A stretch of 64,000 bases of DNA, taken from contig SABL01000001.1 in the NCBI GenBank assembly GCA_009928985.1, positions 3,023 to 67,022 on the forward strand, given 5' to 3'. The notes under the pieces were generated by a model. It saw only the letters and a list, made by a program, of their open reading frames with translations, did not search any database and was not told where the DNA came from. Positions 46,055 through 56,253 of the stretch are shown here, piece after piece (the first letter of the stretch is position 1; each line of letters begins with the position of its first letter). The position numbers and the translations under genes were made by a program. This DNA is from Clostridia bacterium. GTDB lineage: Bacteria; Bacillota; Clostridia; Saccharofermentanales; UBA5734.

Positions 46055-47635
46055 TTGGAGGTGATTGCCATTAATTGGCTAATTAATTTAGTCATCGGCC
46101 TGTTCACCGGCGCCATTCTGGCTGCCGTTGTGACAATTGCGTACTATCGCCTGGGATTTTCCAAGCAATCGACTGCCTTGAAATCTGCTTCTGAGCAAGC
46201 TGAGACCGAGGCCGCCAAATTGCTCGGCGAAGCCCAGAAGGCTGGTGAAAACAGGAAAAGGGAGCTCCTCCTTCAAGCGAAGGAAGAAATCCACAAAGCT
46301 CGTCTCGAATTTGAAAAAGATGTGCGGGAGAAGAAAACCGAACTCCAGCGTGAACGCAGCCGCCTTGACCAGAAAGAAGAGGCCCTGGATCGCAAAATCG
46401 AAACGCTTGAGCAAAAGGAAGAAGCACTCGACAACCGTGTCAGTGATGTCCTGGCCCTCGAAGAAAAAGCGCGCGAGATTGAACGTCAGAAAATCATCGA
46501 ACTGGAGCGCATCTCAGGCTTATCGGTGGATGATGCTCGCAATCTGGTCCTTGATGAGGCCCGCAATGCCTACCGCCATGACATGGCTGTCATGCTGAGG
46601 CAGATGGAAGAAGCTGCCAAGGAAGAAGCCGATCGCAAGGCCAAGGAAATCATCGTCACATCGATCCAGCGCTATGCTGCTGATTATGTGTCAGAGTCAA
46701 CCGTTTCAGTCGTTGCTCTGCCCAGTGACGAAATGAAAGGCCGCATCATCGGTCGTGAGGGCCGCAACATCCGGGCTATCGAAACCATGACGGGTGTTGA
46801 TTTGATCATTGACGACACCCCGGAAGCCGTGATTCTGTCCAGCTTTGATCCGATCCGGCGAGAAATTGCCCGGATTGCTTTGGATAAGCTGATCATCGAT
46901 GGCCGCATTCATCCGGCAAGGATTGAAGAGATGGTCGAGAAAGCCAGGAAAGAAGTGGATGCCACCATCAAAGCTGAAGGTGAGCGTGTCGTCTTTGAAA
47001 CGGGCATGATCGGAATTCATCCGGAAATCATCAAATTGCTTGGTCGTCTACGCTACCGCACCAGTTACGGCCAGAACGTTCTCCAGCATGCTGTCGAGGT
47101 TTGCTGGATGGCAGGCATGATGGCCGCCGAACTCGGACTGGATGTCATGATGGCCAAACGCGCCGGCCTGCTCCATGATATCGGCAAAGCAGCTGATTTC
47201 GAAATGGAAGGCTCACACATCACTCTGGGAGCGGAAATTGCCCGCAAATACAAAGAAGGTCCGGAAGTCATCAATGCGATCATGTCGCATCACGGCGAGG
47301 TCGAGCCAGACTCGATGATCTCGGTGCTGGTGGCTGCAGCAGATGCCATTTCGGCTGCCCGTCCAGGTGCCCGGCGCGAGAATCTGGAGAACTACGTCAA
47401 GCGGATCCAGAAGCTGGAAGAAATCGCCAATTCCTTTGCCGGGGTTGAAAAATCCTTCGCCATCCAGGCGGGACGTGAAGTCCGTGTCCTGGTCAGCCCG
47501 GAAAATGTCAAGGACGATGAAATGATCCTCAAAGCCAGGGAAATCTGCAAGAAAATTGAAGAAGAACTGGACTATCCAGGGCAAATCAAAGTTCACATCA
47601 TTCGCGAATCCCGTGTAACCGAATTTGCCAAATGA
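46055..47635 (+). CDS. rny: ribonuclease Y
   Basis: N-terminal TM helix, coiled-coil, KH domain ([15 protein letters not shown]) and HD domain (LLHDIGKA). The exact start is uncertain: the TTG at 46055 sits inside the GGAGGTG Shine-Dalgarno. Confidence 0.9.
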   Translation: MEVIAINWLINLVIGLFTGAILAAVVTIAYYRLGFSKQSTALKSASEQAETEAAKLLGEAQKAGENRKRELLLQAKEEIHKARLEFEKDVREKKTELQRERSRLDQKEEALDRKIETLEQKEEALDNRVSDVLALEEKAREIERQKIIELERISGLSVDDARNLVLDEARNAYRHDMAVMLRQMEEAAKEEADRKAKEIIVTSIQRYAADYVSESTVSVVALPSDEMKGRIIGREGRNIRAIETMTGVDLIIDDTPEAVILSSFDPIRREIARIALDKLIIDGRIHPARIEEMVEKARKEVDATIKAEGERVVFETGMIGIHPEIIKLLGRLRYRTSYGQNVLQHAVEVCWMAGMMAAELGLDVMMAKRAGLLHDIGKAADFEMEGSHITLGAEIARKYKEGPEVINAIMSHHGEVEPDSMISVLVAAADAISAARPGARRENLENYVKRIQKLEEIANSFAGVEKSFAIQAGREVRVLVSPENVKDDEMILKAREICKKIEEELDYPGQIKVHIIRESRVTEFAK

Positions 47636-47673
47636 CATTGAATTTCAAGTGAAAAAGCAATGCACCAGAACTA

Positions 47674-47703
47674 AAAGAGCGTTCCGAGAGGGACGCTTTT
47701 TTA
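47674..47703 (+). terminator. terminator after rny
   Basis: A 7 bp stem with one bulge (AGCGtTCC / GGACGCT) followed by TTTTTTAGTT. Confidence 0.55.
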
Positions 47704-47812
47704 GTTCCGGCCACTCTGCGGATGCATGGGAACATGGCACCCCTTTGCGTGCCAACCTCGATTTTTACTCTGGTTTGCATTATAATCAGCGGATGACTGG
47801 AGGACAGTTGTT

Positions 47813-48595
47813 TTGCAAATCATGATGATCGGCGATCTGGTCGGTTCTACGGGCCGACGGATCCTGAAAGAAAAGCTTCCCGAACTGAAAAAGCGCCATG
47901 GCATCGACTTGTGCCTGGCCAATGGTGAAAATGCTGCCGCCGGACTGGGCTTGACACCTCGGCTGGCCCAGGAAATAACAGCCATGGGGGTTGACCTGAT
48001 TACCTTGGGAAACCATACCTGGTTCAGACGTGAACTGGTTGAACGGATTGACACCCTGCCCCAGGTCATCCGGCCAGCCAATGGCCCAGCCAGCTGGCCG
48101 GGCCGCGGATTCAAGGTCATCCACCATCCGGCAGGCAAGGTCCTTGTGGCCAATCTTCTCGGACGTGTCTTCATGGAACCTCTCCATGATCCCTTTACCA
48201 CCATGGACCAGCTGCTGCAGAAGGCCAGGGAGGACCAGAAGATCCCATTGGCTATTGTTGATTTCCATGCAGAAGCTACAGCAGAAAAAATGGCACTTGG
48301 CTACTACTTGAATGGACGGGTCACAGCGGTCCTGGGGACCCACACCCATGTTCAGACAGCAGATGAACGCATCCTGGACCGGGGCACGGCCTACATCACC
48401 GATATCGGGATGACAGGCCCGGTGGAAGGCGTCATCGGAATGGATCCGGCATCGTCGTTGCGCCGTCTGGTTGACCACTTGCCGTCACCCTACGAGGCAG
48501 CCGGGGGTAAAGGCCAGTTTTCAGCTGTCGTCATCTCAGCAGATCCAGCCTCTGGTCGGGCCACTGCCATTGAACGGATCCTGTTCCGGGAATGA
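47813..48595 (+). CDS. ymdB: YmdB-type metallophosphoesterase (TIGR00282 family)
   Basis: Motifs MMIGDLVGSTGR, ANGENAAAGLG and DFHAEATAEK. Conserved position downstream of rny. TTG start ~9 nt after GGAGGA. Confidence 0.85.
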   Translation: MQIMMIGDLVGSTGRRILKEKLPELKKRHGIDLCLANGENAAAGLGLTPRLAQEITAMGVDLITLGNHTWFRRELVERIDTLPQVIRPANGPASWPGRGFKVIHHPAGKVLVANLLGRVFMEPLHDPFTTMDQLLQKAREDQKIPLAIVDFHAEATAEKMALGYYLNGRVTAVLGTHTHVQTADERILDRGTAYITDIGMTGPVEGVIGMDPASSLRRLVDHLPSPYEAAGGKGQFSAVVISADPASGRATAIERILFRE

Positions 48596-50274
48596 TCAAG
48601 CGACTCGCACCGGCCCTCTTGCTTCTGGCAACTCTCCTGTTCATGAGTCAGGCCACGGGTTGTGTTCGCGTTGCTCCGGCACAGGTCATTCCTCCGGAAA
48701 CGGATCCTGCAGTGCCAGTGGCCAGTGAATCATTGCCTTCGGCCAAGGGACCTTCCGGTACCTTGCGCCTGTGGTGGGATTACGCTCTGCCGGAAAATCC
48801 ATTGCAGACAGCAAGCCCCAGCGGCAAAGCCGCCTATTCACTGGTTTTTGGCCAATTGTTCCGGATGGATGCCGCCTGGCAACTCCAGCCTGAATTGGTA
48901 CAGGCTTTTTCGTACAATGAAGAACGTCTGCAGTTGACCTTGTCTCTCAGGCAAGATGTTCAATTTCATGATTCAAGTCCGGTCACGTCCAATGACATTC
49001 TGGCTACGCTCAGTGAAATCCAGCGTCTGGGTCCATTGTCACCCTATGCACAGGTTTTGTCTGCCTATTCCAGTGGTCGTCTGATCGATGCCAAAACCCT
49101 CGTTCTCCAGTTGACAAGACCAGATCCGGCGTTTTTGCATGCCTTGACCTTCCCGGTTGTAAAAGCCAGCGAAGTTGCTCTTCCCGCTGGCAGCCTCTGG
49201 CAGGGGACCAGGACCTTTCAAATGCTTGATCTGGCACAAGAAGGACTGTATCTGGCTCGAGTGGAAACTTCTCCTGCAACAACGGATCGTCTGGAAAAGA
49301 TTCTCATCAAAACATACCCATCAGCCATCCAGGCCATGCGTGGTCTGGAAGATGACGAACTGGATCTGGCTTTTTTACCAACGGAGTCTTTGCACCAGTA
49401 CCAGATGCGCAGCAGTCTGCGCCTGGACCGTTTTGCCAGCCGTTCCTATTTTTACTTCACTTTTGGCAAGTCCGTCACGGACCCGATTGAACAGCTGAGA
49501 TTCAAATATTTCTTCCGGGCTGCGCGCTGGTCTGGATCAGGCCTGGCCCTGCCTGGACAAGCCAGCGATGTTCCGATCCCTGCGTTCCACGCCTGTTTTT
49601 CGGACCAGCCATTGGATCTGACAGGAGAGTGGGCGAACCTCCTGGTGCAAAACGGGCTAGCGACCCAAGACACCTCGCCGTCGGTCCTGGCAACCTTGCC
49701 GGATCCAGCAACCCTTTTGAATGTGCACAACGAAAGCTTGCGTATCCTGGTGCCGGATAACCAGGCCATTCTGCTGGACCTTGCACAGCAAGCTGCATCC
49801 TGGCTCGAACAAGCGGGTCAGCCAGCGTTGGTGGTTGCCTTGTCCGACGCTGATTTTGCTGCCGAACTGGAATTGGGAACCTTCGACTTGGCCTTCCAGT
49901 CGCATGAGATTCCAGTGTCTGCCGAGCCCTCCTGGTTTTTTGCCCTCGATGAACCGTTGTCCCAAACTGTTGCAGAGGGATTGCCGGAAGACAGCGCAAA
50001 CCGTTATGATGATAGTCTAAGCCCACTGGAAACCGGCTGGCCATTTTTCAAATACCTGAGCCATGGCTTGACACAGGATGAAAAAGGCGTCGAGGCATTG
50101 TCCAACCTGTATCGGCAGGTGCTTGTCGAACAGATTTTTTCGGCTTCCAGCGGCGGTATCCTGCAAGGCGAAACCGCGATCGCTTACGGAGACCGAGTCA
50201 TCGGCCGATGCCAGCCGACGAATGATAAGCCATATTTTGGAATTGAGGATTTGTGGATATGGTCTGGATCTTGA
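48592..50274 (+). CDS. lipoprotein resembling a family-5 (peptide/nickel type) solute-binding protein, orphan
   Basis: Lipobox QATGC|V. SBP_bac_5-like N-terminal pattern (LFRMDAAWQLQPELVQAFSYNEERLQLTLSLRQDVQFHDSSPVTSNDI). No transporter genes adjacent. Confidence 0.6.
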   Translation: MIKRLAPALLLLATLLFMSQATGCVRVAPAQVIPPETDPAVPVASESLPSAKGPSGTLRLWWDYALPENPLQTASPSGKAAYSLVFGQLFRMDAAWQLQPELVQAFSYNEERLQLTLSLRQDVQFHDSSPVTSNDILATLSEIQRLGPLSPYAQVLSAYSSGRLIDAKTLVLQLTRPDPAFLHALTFPVVKASEVALPAGSLWQGTRTFQMLDLAQEGLYLARVETSPATTDRLEKILIKTYPSAIQAMRGLEDDELDLAFLPTESLHQYQMRSSLRLDRFASRSYFYFTFGKSVTDPIEQLRFKYFFRAARWSGSGLALPGQASDVPIPAFHACFSDQPLDLTGEWANLLVQNGLATQDTSPSVLATLPDPATLLNVHNESLRILVPDNQAILLDLAQQAASWLEQAGQPALVVALSDADFAAELELGTFDLAFQSHEIPVSAEPSWFFALDEPLSQTVAEGLPEDSANRYDDSLSPLETGWPFFKYLSHGLTQDEKGVEALSNLYRQVLVEQIFSASSGGILQGETAIAYGDRVIGRCQPTNDKPYFGIEDLWIWSGS

Positions 50275-50747
50275 TCATTGCAGTGCTGGCCACCGCTGAC
50301 CAGCTCATCAAAAGCCTGGTTGTCCGCTTGTTGCCAGGAGATACTTTCAAAATCGTCATCGATTCGTTTTTTTATCTGGTCAACCGCCGCAACACCGGCG
50401 CAGCCTGGAGTTTTCTGGCGAACCAGTCGTGGGGGATCATCGTCTTGTCGGTCCTCTCAGCGATTGCATCCCTGGCCCTGGTGATCCTGACTCTTGTCAT
50501 CCGCAAGAAACGCTACCAGGCCGTCTTGTCCCTGATGGCTGCAGGTGCAATCGGCAACTTGATCGACCGGGTGCGTGATGGTGGCGTCATCGATTACCTG
50601 GACTTCCATTTTGGCTCCTATGTATTTCCAACATTCAACCTGGCAGACATCTGCCTGGTCGTCGGTACAATCCTGCTTTCACTTTTTGTCCTCTTTGACA
50701 AGGATCAGGACAGTCTGTTTTCCAGAAAGCAAACCTACCTGTCCTGA
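50259..50747 (+). CDS. lspA: lipoprotein signal peptidase II
   Basis: Motifs NTGAAWSF, GNLIDRV and FNLADI. The ATG at 50259 follows GAGGA; the ORF-track GTG at 50253 is possible. Overlaps the upstream lipoprotein gene. Confidence 0.9.
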   Translation: MVWILIIAVLATADQLIKSLVVRLLPGDTFKIVIDSFFYLVNRRNTGAAWSFLANQSWGIIVLSVLSAIASLALVILTLVIRKKRYQAVLSLMAAGAIGNLIDRVRDGGVIDYLDFHFGSYVFPTFNLADICLVVGTILLSLFVLFDKDQDSLFSRKQTYLS

Positions 50748-50758
50748 TATGAGGCGAT

Positions 50759-51673
50759 TTGATGGAATTTATTGAACTAACCTTTGAACATCCTGAACAG
50801 GAAGCGGTTCGGCTGGATGCCTGGCTTGCCGGTAGAATTCCGCTGCATTCGCGAGCTTTCCTGAAAGACCTGATCGAGCAAGGTCATGTCCACGTTGACG
50901 GCAAGACTGTCAAGCCTTCTTTCAAGCCCAAGTCTGGCCAGACCATACGGGTCGAGCTGCCGGATCCGGTCGATTCATCCGTCCGGCCAGAAGAGATTCC
51001 GCTGGTGGTCCGGTATGAGGATGATTTTATCCTGGTCATTGACAAGCCCCAGGGCATGGTTGTCCATCCCGCTCCCGGCCATGCTGGCGGTACGCTGGTC
51101 AATGCGCTGCTCAGTTATTGCCAGGGCCAGCTGTCTGACCTTAATGGCGTCATCCGGCCCGGGATCGTCCACAGGATCGACAAAGACACCTCTGGCTTGC
51201 TGTTGGTGGTCAAGGATAATTCCGTTCATCGTGAAATTGCCGAACGGATCCGGCGCCACGAGATCCGGCGCACCTACCAGGCCCTGGTTCATGGAGCGGT
51301 CTCTGCCGACCAGGGAACCATCAAGGCCCCCATCGGACGAGATCCAAAGAATCGCCAGCGGATGGCAGTCGTCCCGGATGGCAAGGCCGCCGTCACCCAT
51401 TTCAAAGTGATTGAACGTCTGGCCAGGGCGACCTGGCTGGAAGTGGAGCTGGAAACAGGACGAACCCACCAGATTCGTGTCCATTGCCAATACATCGGCC
51501 ATCCGATCATTGGGGATCTTGTCTATGCCCCAGGCCGGGCCGCGTTTGGCCAGACAGGACAAGTTCTGCATGCTTCAAGGCTTTCCTTCATCCATCCTGT
51601 GACGAATCAGCCGATCGTGGTTGAGAGTCCGTTACCCCAGTCTTTTCTGGAAGCGGTCCGGCAATGCAGGTGA
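50759..51673 (+). CDS. rluD: 23S rRNA pseudouridine synthase RluD
   Basis: S4 domain N-terminus, catalytic HRIDKDTSGLLLV, GRTHQIRVH. Conserved lspA-rluD adjacency. Confidence 0.9.
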   Translation: MMEFIELTFEHPEQEAVRLDAWLAGRIPLHSRAFLKDLIEQGHVHVDGKTVKPSFKPKSGQTIRVELPDPVDSSVRPEEIPLVVRYEDDFILVIDKPQGMVVHPAPGHAGGTLVNALLSYCQGQLSDLNGVIRPGIVHRIDKDTSGLLLVVKDNSVHREIAERIRRHEIRRTYQALVHGAVSADQGTIKAPIGRDPKNRQRMAVVPDGKAAVTHFKVIERLARATWLEVELETGRTHQIRVHCQYIGHPIIGDLVYAPGRAAFGQTGQVLHASRLSFIHPVTNQPIVVESPLPQSFLEAVRQCR

Positions 51674-52440
51674 AACAAGGACTTTCCACGGGATTCGGCC
51701 TCTGGCAGACGCCACAGAAACGCCAGAGCCTGCTCCTGTTTGTCCTGCTGTTCCTGTTTGGCGTCATTGTGACCAATCATGTGACCCTGGTCAACAAAAC
51801 CAGGGAACAGAATAATTTGGCCACTTTATTCAAATCCCGTCAGGAAGAGCTCGATGCTGCCGTGGCACAGTATGAGAGCCTGAAAGCGGAAAATGCCCGT
51901 CTGCTGGAAGCCAAGGAAGCAACGATCGCCCGTGTTCTAAGCCAGGAAGGCCAGCCAGGCTTGATGGAGGAACTCAGGCGCATGCAGGTGCTGGCCGGTT
52001 TGACTGACGTGACAGGGCCGGGCGTAACTGTGACTTTGAATGATAAACCAGGTTTTGATGTCATCCGGGATTCCGCTGATGCCATTGTCCATGACAGCGA
52101 TGTCCGCCACGTCCTTGAATTGCTCAAATCATCCGGTGCTGCGGCTTTATCTGTTAATGACCAGAGGATCACCAATGCGTCCTATATCTTCTGTATTGGC
52201 CCGACCATCCTGTGCAACATGCAACGACTGACGCCGCCCTATGTGATCCACGCTGTCGGGCAAGATCCGGCAGCCATGGCCTTGAGCGTCCAGAATGATC
52301 CGATGCTCAGTTTGCGCCAGACACCGGAAATCGGGCTTGTCGTCAGCATCGAACCCTCAGAGCAAGTCACTTGCCCGGCCTTTGCCGGAGCCGATAATCT
52401 CAGCCAATACGTTGACAAACTGGAGGTTCCGGCCGCATGA
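51664..52440 (+). CDS. DUF881 domain protein (YlxW/YlxX-like), copy 1
   Basis: N-terminal TM helix, coiled segment, then GPGVTVTLND...LSVNDQRIT...PPYVIHAVGDP. Confidence 0.75.
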   Translation: MQVKQGLSTGFGLWQTPQKRQSLLLFVLLFLFGVIVTNHVTLVNKTREQNNLATLFKSRQEELDAAVAQYESLKAENARLLEAKEATIARVLSQEGQPGLMEELRRMQVLAGLTDVTGPGVTVTLNDKPGFDVIRDSADAIVHDSDVRHVLELLKSSGAAALSVNDQRITNASYIFCIGPTILCNMQRLTPPYVIHAVGQDPAAMALSVQNDPMLSLRQTPEIGLVVSIEPSEQVTCPAFAGADNLSQYVDKLEVPAA

Positions 52441-53159
52441 AAACCAGGATGGTCCAATACACCGCCATGACTGTGATCTGCATGGTTCTCGGGATTCTGA
52501 TCGCCCTGCAGATGAAAAATGTCAATGAGAACACCGTGACCGCTGACAGACTTGAAGAACTGCAGTACAAGCTGATTGACACTGCCAACAAGAATGCAGA
52601 ACTCAATACCCGCAATGCCGAGCTCTACCAATACATTTCCCAGCTGGAAAATGACTATGCCCAAGGCAGCGCCAGCATCGAGACCATCATCAAGGAAAAA
52701 GAGCGCCTGGCCATTTTCGCTGGCTTGAGGGACGTCAATAACTATGGCATCCAGATTGACATCAGCTGCTCGCCGGAAAGCCTGATCCGCGACAGTGTGA
52801 TCCGGACATTTGTCAATGACCTGAGGGCTCTCGGTGCCCAGGCCATTTCAGTCAACGATGAACGACTCGTGGCCACATCGGAGATCAGGGCAACTGCTTC
52901 GTCGATTATTATCAATGGCAATGGCTACAACCGCCAGGGAACCTTTGCCATCCGGGCGATCACGGACCCCAGCAAAGAGGCTTACATCCTGTCTTATCTC
53001 GAGACGCTTAAAAAGTCAGTCTTGTCTGATGCCACCTTGCGCAATGACCAGTATGAAATTGTATTCCAGCCTGTCAAGGAACTCTACATTCCAGCATTGA
53101 GCGAAGACAGCCTGGCGTTTAAAATTGACTTGCTGATGCCAAAGACAACCGGGCAGTAA
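52437..53159 (+). CDS. DUF881 domain protein, copy 2
   Basis: Same architecture as copy 1: TM helix, coiled segment, GIQIDIS...ISVNDERLV...FAIRAITDP. ATGA overlap with copy 1. Confidence 0.75.
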   Translation: MKTRMVQYTAMTVICMVLGILIALQMKNVNENTVTADRLEELQYKLIDTANKNAELNTRNAELYQYISQLENDYAQGSASIETIIKEKERLAIFAGLRDVNNYGIQIDISCSPESLIRDSVIRTFVNDLRALGAQAISVNDERLVATSEIRATASSIIINGNGYNRQGTFAIRAITDPSKEAYILSYLETLKKSVLSDATLRNDQYEIVFQPVKELYIPALSEDSLAFKIDLLMPKTTGQ

Positions 53160-53181
53160 TGGAACGGAGTGTGGCAAACGG

Positions 53182-54141
53182 ATGATGGAAAAACAGTTGA
53201 TGGTGGACCGGCCAGAAATAGCCCAGTCAGTAGCCGGCAGTTTCAATAGCCATTTTGATGTGATTGAGAAGATGCTGGGGGTCAGGATCGAGCTGGTTTC
53301 CGGAGGCTTCATCGTCTCAGGAGACGGCCTGGATCTTGAGAAAGCAGTGGCTGTGCTGGAACGACTCCTCGAACTGGCAAAGGAAAGCCATCCGGTCAAT
53401 CTTCAACTGGTGACCTACCTGACAGACACCGCCCGGGATGGCAACCTGGAGCAGGTGACACACTATGCCCCGGATTCGATTGCCGTCACCGCCAAAGGTC
53501 GACCGATCAAAAGCAAGACGTATGGCCAGCGCCAGTATGTCCAGGCCATCCGGGACCATGAAGTGACCTTTGCCATCGGTCCGGCTGGTACGGGAAAGAC
53601 ATTCCTGGCCGTGGCCATGGCTGTCAATGCCTTCCGTTCACATGACGTGTCGCGGATCATCCTGACCCGCCCGGCCGTCGAGGCAGGGGAGAAGCTGGGC
53701 TTTTTGCCCGGGGATCTGCAAAACAAAGTCGATCCGTACATGCGTCCTCTTTACGATGCCTTGCAAGAACTCATGGGTCCGGAACAGTACTTGAAAAACC
53801 TGGACAAGGGCCTGATCGAAGTCTCGCCCCTGGCCTACATGCGCGGTCGCACACTCGATGAAGCCTTCATCATTCTCGATGAAGCCCAGAACACCACACC
53901 TGAGCAGATGAAAATGTTCCTGACCCGTCTGGGGTTCAATTCCCGTGCTGTCATCACGGGGGACGTCACCCAGATCGATTTGCCGGGAGACCGGAAATCG
54001 GGTTTGAAAGAAGCCCGCAAGATCTTGTCTGAGGTCGAAGGTGTGTCTTTTGTCGAACTGACCCGGCGCGACGTGGTCCGGAATGCCCTGGTCCAGCGGA
54101 TCATCAAGGCCTATGAACATGAAAACAACAAAGGAGGCTGA
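53182..54141 (+). CDS. phoH: PhoH family ATPase
   Basis: Walker A GPAGTGKTFLA and motifs FLPGDLQNKVDPY and ILDEAQNTT. Confidence 0.9.
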   Translation: MMEKQLMVDRPEIAQSVAGSFNSHFDVIEKMLGVRIELVSGGFIVSGDGLDLEKAVAVLERLLELAKESHPVNLQLVTYLTDTARDGNLEQVTHYAPDSIAVTAKGRPIKSKTYGQRQYVQAIRDHEVTFAIGPAGTGKTFLAVAMAVNAFRSHDVSRIILTRPAVEAGEKLGFLPGDLQNKVDPYMRPLYDALQELMGPEQYLKNLDKGLIEVSPLAYMRGRTLDEAFIILDEAQNTTPEQMKMFLTRLGFNSRAVITGDVTQIDLPGDRKSGLKEARKILSEVEGVSFVELTRRDVVRNALVQRIIKAYEHENNKGG

Positions 54142-54144
54142 CAG

Positions 54145-56253
54145 ATGAAGCTTCCAGCCAAGATCCAGACGATCCTGACCTATCTTCTGGTGCCTGTCCT
54201 TTTGATCATTGCGGTGGCCGCAATCTATTACGGATCGATTCCAGAGAAATATCCTCTCACGGTCGGTGATACCAGCCCTTACGACATCACAGCTTCCCGC
54301 AGCATCCGCGACAAGGCAGCCACAGACCAGCGGGCCAGCAAGGCTGCAGCGGATGTGGAAATTGTCGTGGTCCGCTCCGAGGCGATCGTGGCCGATGTCA
54401 TGGGCCGTTTCGACCTGTTTTTTGACCAGATTGCAGCCAGGCGCACGGAACTGTTTCCCGAGCCAGGCAGCGATGGTGATCCAGACCAGCCTGCAGCTTC
54501 GGATGCGACCATCCGCAACACGGTGACCGAACTTGTGCGCGAATTCGACCGCGATATGAACTTGGTTGTTTCCTCGGAAGATCTCGAATCCTTCCTGCGC
54601 ATGGACCCTGAACGCTTCCGAAGTGTCCGCGGGCATGCCCGTTCCATTGCAACCCTGATCATGAGCGAACCGGTTGACTCGTATGCGCTGAATTCAGCCC
54701 AGAGCAACCGGATCGAATCACTCAGCGACACGACCAATTTCAACCGCGAAGATGTATCTTTGATTGGCAATGTCCTGGGTCTGATCCTGGTGCCCAACAT
54801 CGCCTACGATTCCATTGCCACGGAAAATGCCCGCCAGGCAGCTTACGACAAGGTCCAGAACAATCCAGTCTTGATCAACCGCGGCGCACGGATCATTTCG
54901 CAGGGAGATGTCATCACCAGCGAAACGTATGACTTGCTTCTGGAACTCGACCTGATTGAGAAAGATGGTTTTGATTTCCGCTACTTGCTGGGCATTCTGC
55001 TGATGCTCCTGCCGCTGGCCTTTATTGCCTGGTTTTACCTGAAAAAATACGAGAACGAATCGATCCATTTGCGCAACAACCGGATCGCGCTGATTGTCGC
55101 GATCCTGATCCCGCTGGTCGCTTCAGCTGCATTGTCCAGGATCGAGCCGCTGGCAGCTCCGATCTATTTCACAGCTGTGCTCCTGGCGGCCTATTATGGA
55201 TTTCGTACCTCCAGCCTGATGGCCTTGATCCTGACGATCGCCATTCTGCCCATGGCCGGCTTTGACCCGCTGTTTGCGGTGGTTGCCTTGAGTGGCAGCA
55301 GTGTCGCGGCTTTGTTTACCAAAGGTATTTCCCGCCGGGACAATTATGCCTATATCATCATCGCCACGGCCAGCACCAATTTCATCACAACACTGGCTTT
55401 TGGCATCCTCCTGAAGGAAGAATGGCCCACCATCAGTCTCAATTGCGCAGTGACCGCACTCAGCGGAACCATTTCGGTCATCGCTGCGATCGGCATCATG
55501 CCCTTGTTTGAAATGATCTTCAATTCGGTTTCGCCATTGCGCCTGATCGAGCTGTCCCAGCCTGGCAATCCCCTGCTCAGGCGGTTGTTTATCGAAGCAC
55601 CCGGAACATCCCAGCACAGCATGATGGTCGCCAATTTGGCGGATGCCGCCGCCGAAGCGGTCGGTGCCAATCCGCTCCTGGCTCGCGTCGGTGCGTATTA
55701 CCACGATATTGGCAAGCTGGAATCCCCTCTCATGTTCACTGAAAACCAGTCCGGTGAAAATCCCCATGACAGCCTTGACCCGGCCGAAAGCGCGCGGATC
55801 ATCCTGGGGCATCCGGATGCAGGGGTGAGGATTGCCCGCCGCTACCGCCTGCCATCGCCCCTGATCAACATCATCCAGGAGCACCACGGCTCCACCATGC
55901 AGGCTTTTTTCTACCAGAAAGCCAAGCGTGCGGCCGAAGAAAATGAGACCCAGGAACCCGACACCAGTCTGTACCGCTACCGCTGTCCCGTGCCGTCCAG
56001 TCGCGAATCCGCCATTGTCATGCTGTCCGACTCGGTCGAGGCGGCCATGAAATCGACCAGCACCCATCAGCTCGAGGCTGCGGAGAGCCTGATTCGCCGG
56101 ATCATCAAGATCAAGAATGAACAGGACCAGCTGGTCCATTCCGGATTATCCTTCAAGGACATCGAGACCATCATCGCCTCGTTCCTGCAAGTCTATGCCG
56201 GACATTTCCACGAAAGGGTCAAATATCCCGATGCAAATCCAGTACGTCAATAA
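54145..56253 (+). CDS. pgpH: 7TM receptor with intracellular HD hydrolase (PgpH/YqfF family, cyclic-di-AMP phosphodiesterase type)
   Basis: Extracytoplasmic N-domain, seven predicted TM helices, and C-terminal HD motifs (QHSMMVANL, YYHDIGK, GHPDAG, EHHG). Confidence 0.85.
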   Translation: MKLPAKIQTILTYLLVPVLLIIAVAAIYYGSIPEKYPLTVGDTSPYDITASRSIRDKAATDQRASKAAADVEIVVVRSEAIVADVMGRFDLFFDQIAARRTELFPEPGSDGDPDQPAASDATIRNTVTELVREFDRDMNLVVSSEDLESFLRMDPERFRSVRGHARSIATLIMSEPVDSYALNSAQSNRIESLSDTTNFNREDVSLIGNVLGLILVPNIAYDSIATENARQAAYDKVQNNPVLINRGARIISQGDVITSETYDLLLELDLIEKDGFDFRYLLGILLMLLPLAFIAWFYLKKYENESIHLRNNRIALIVAILIPLVASAALSRIEPLAAPIYFTAVLLAAYYGFRTSSLMALILTIAILPMAGFDPLFAVVALSGSSVAALFTKGISRRDNYAYIIIATASTNFITTLAFGILLKEEWPTISLNCAVTALSGTISVIAAIGIMPLFEMIFNSVSPLRLIELSQPGNPLLRRLFIEAPGTSQHSMMVANLADAAAEAVGANPLLARVGAYYHDIGKLESPLMFTENQSGENPHDSLDPAESARIILGHPDAGVRIARRYRLPSPLINIIQEHHGSTMQAFFYQKAKRAAEENETQEPDTSLYRYRCPVPSSRESAIVMLSDSVEAAMKSTSTHQLEAAESLIRRIIKIKNEQDQLVHSGLSFKDIETIIASFLQVYAGHFHERVKYPDANPVRQ

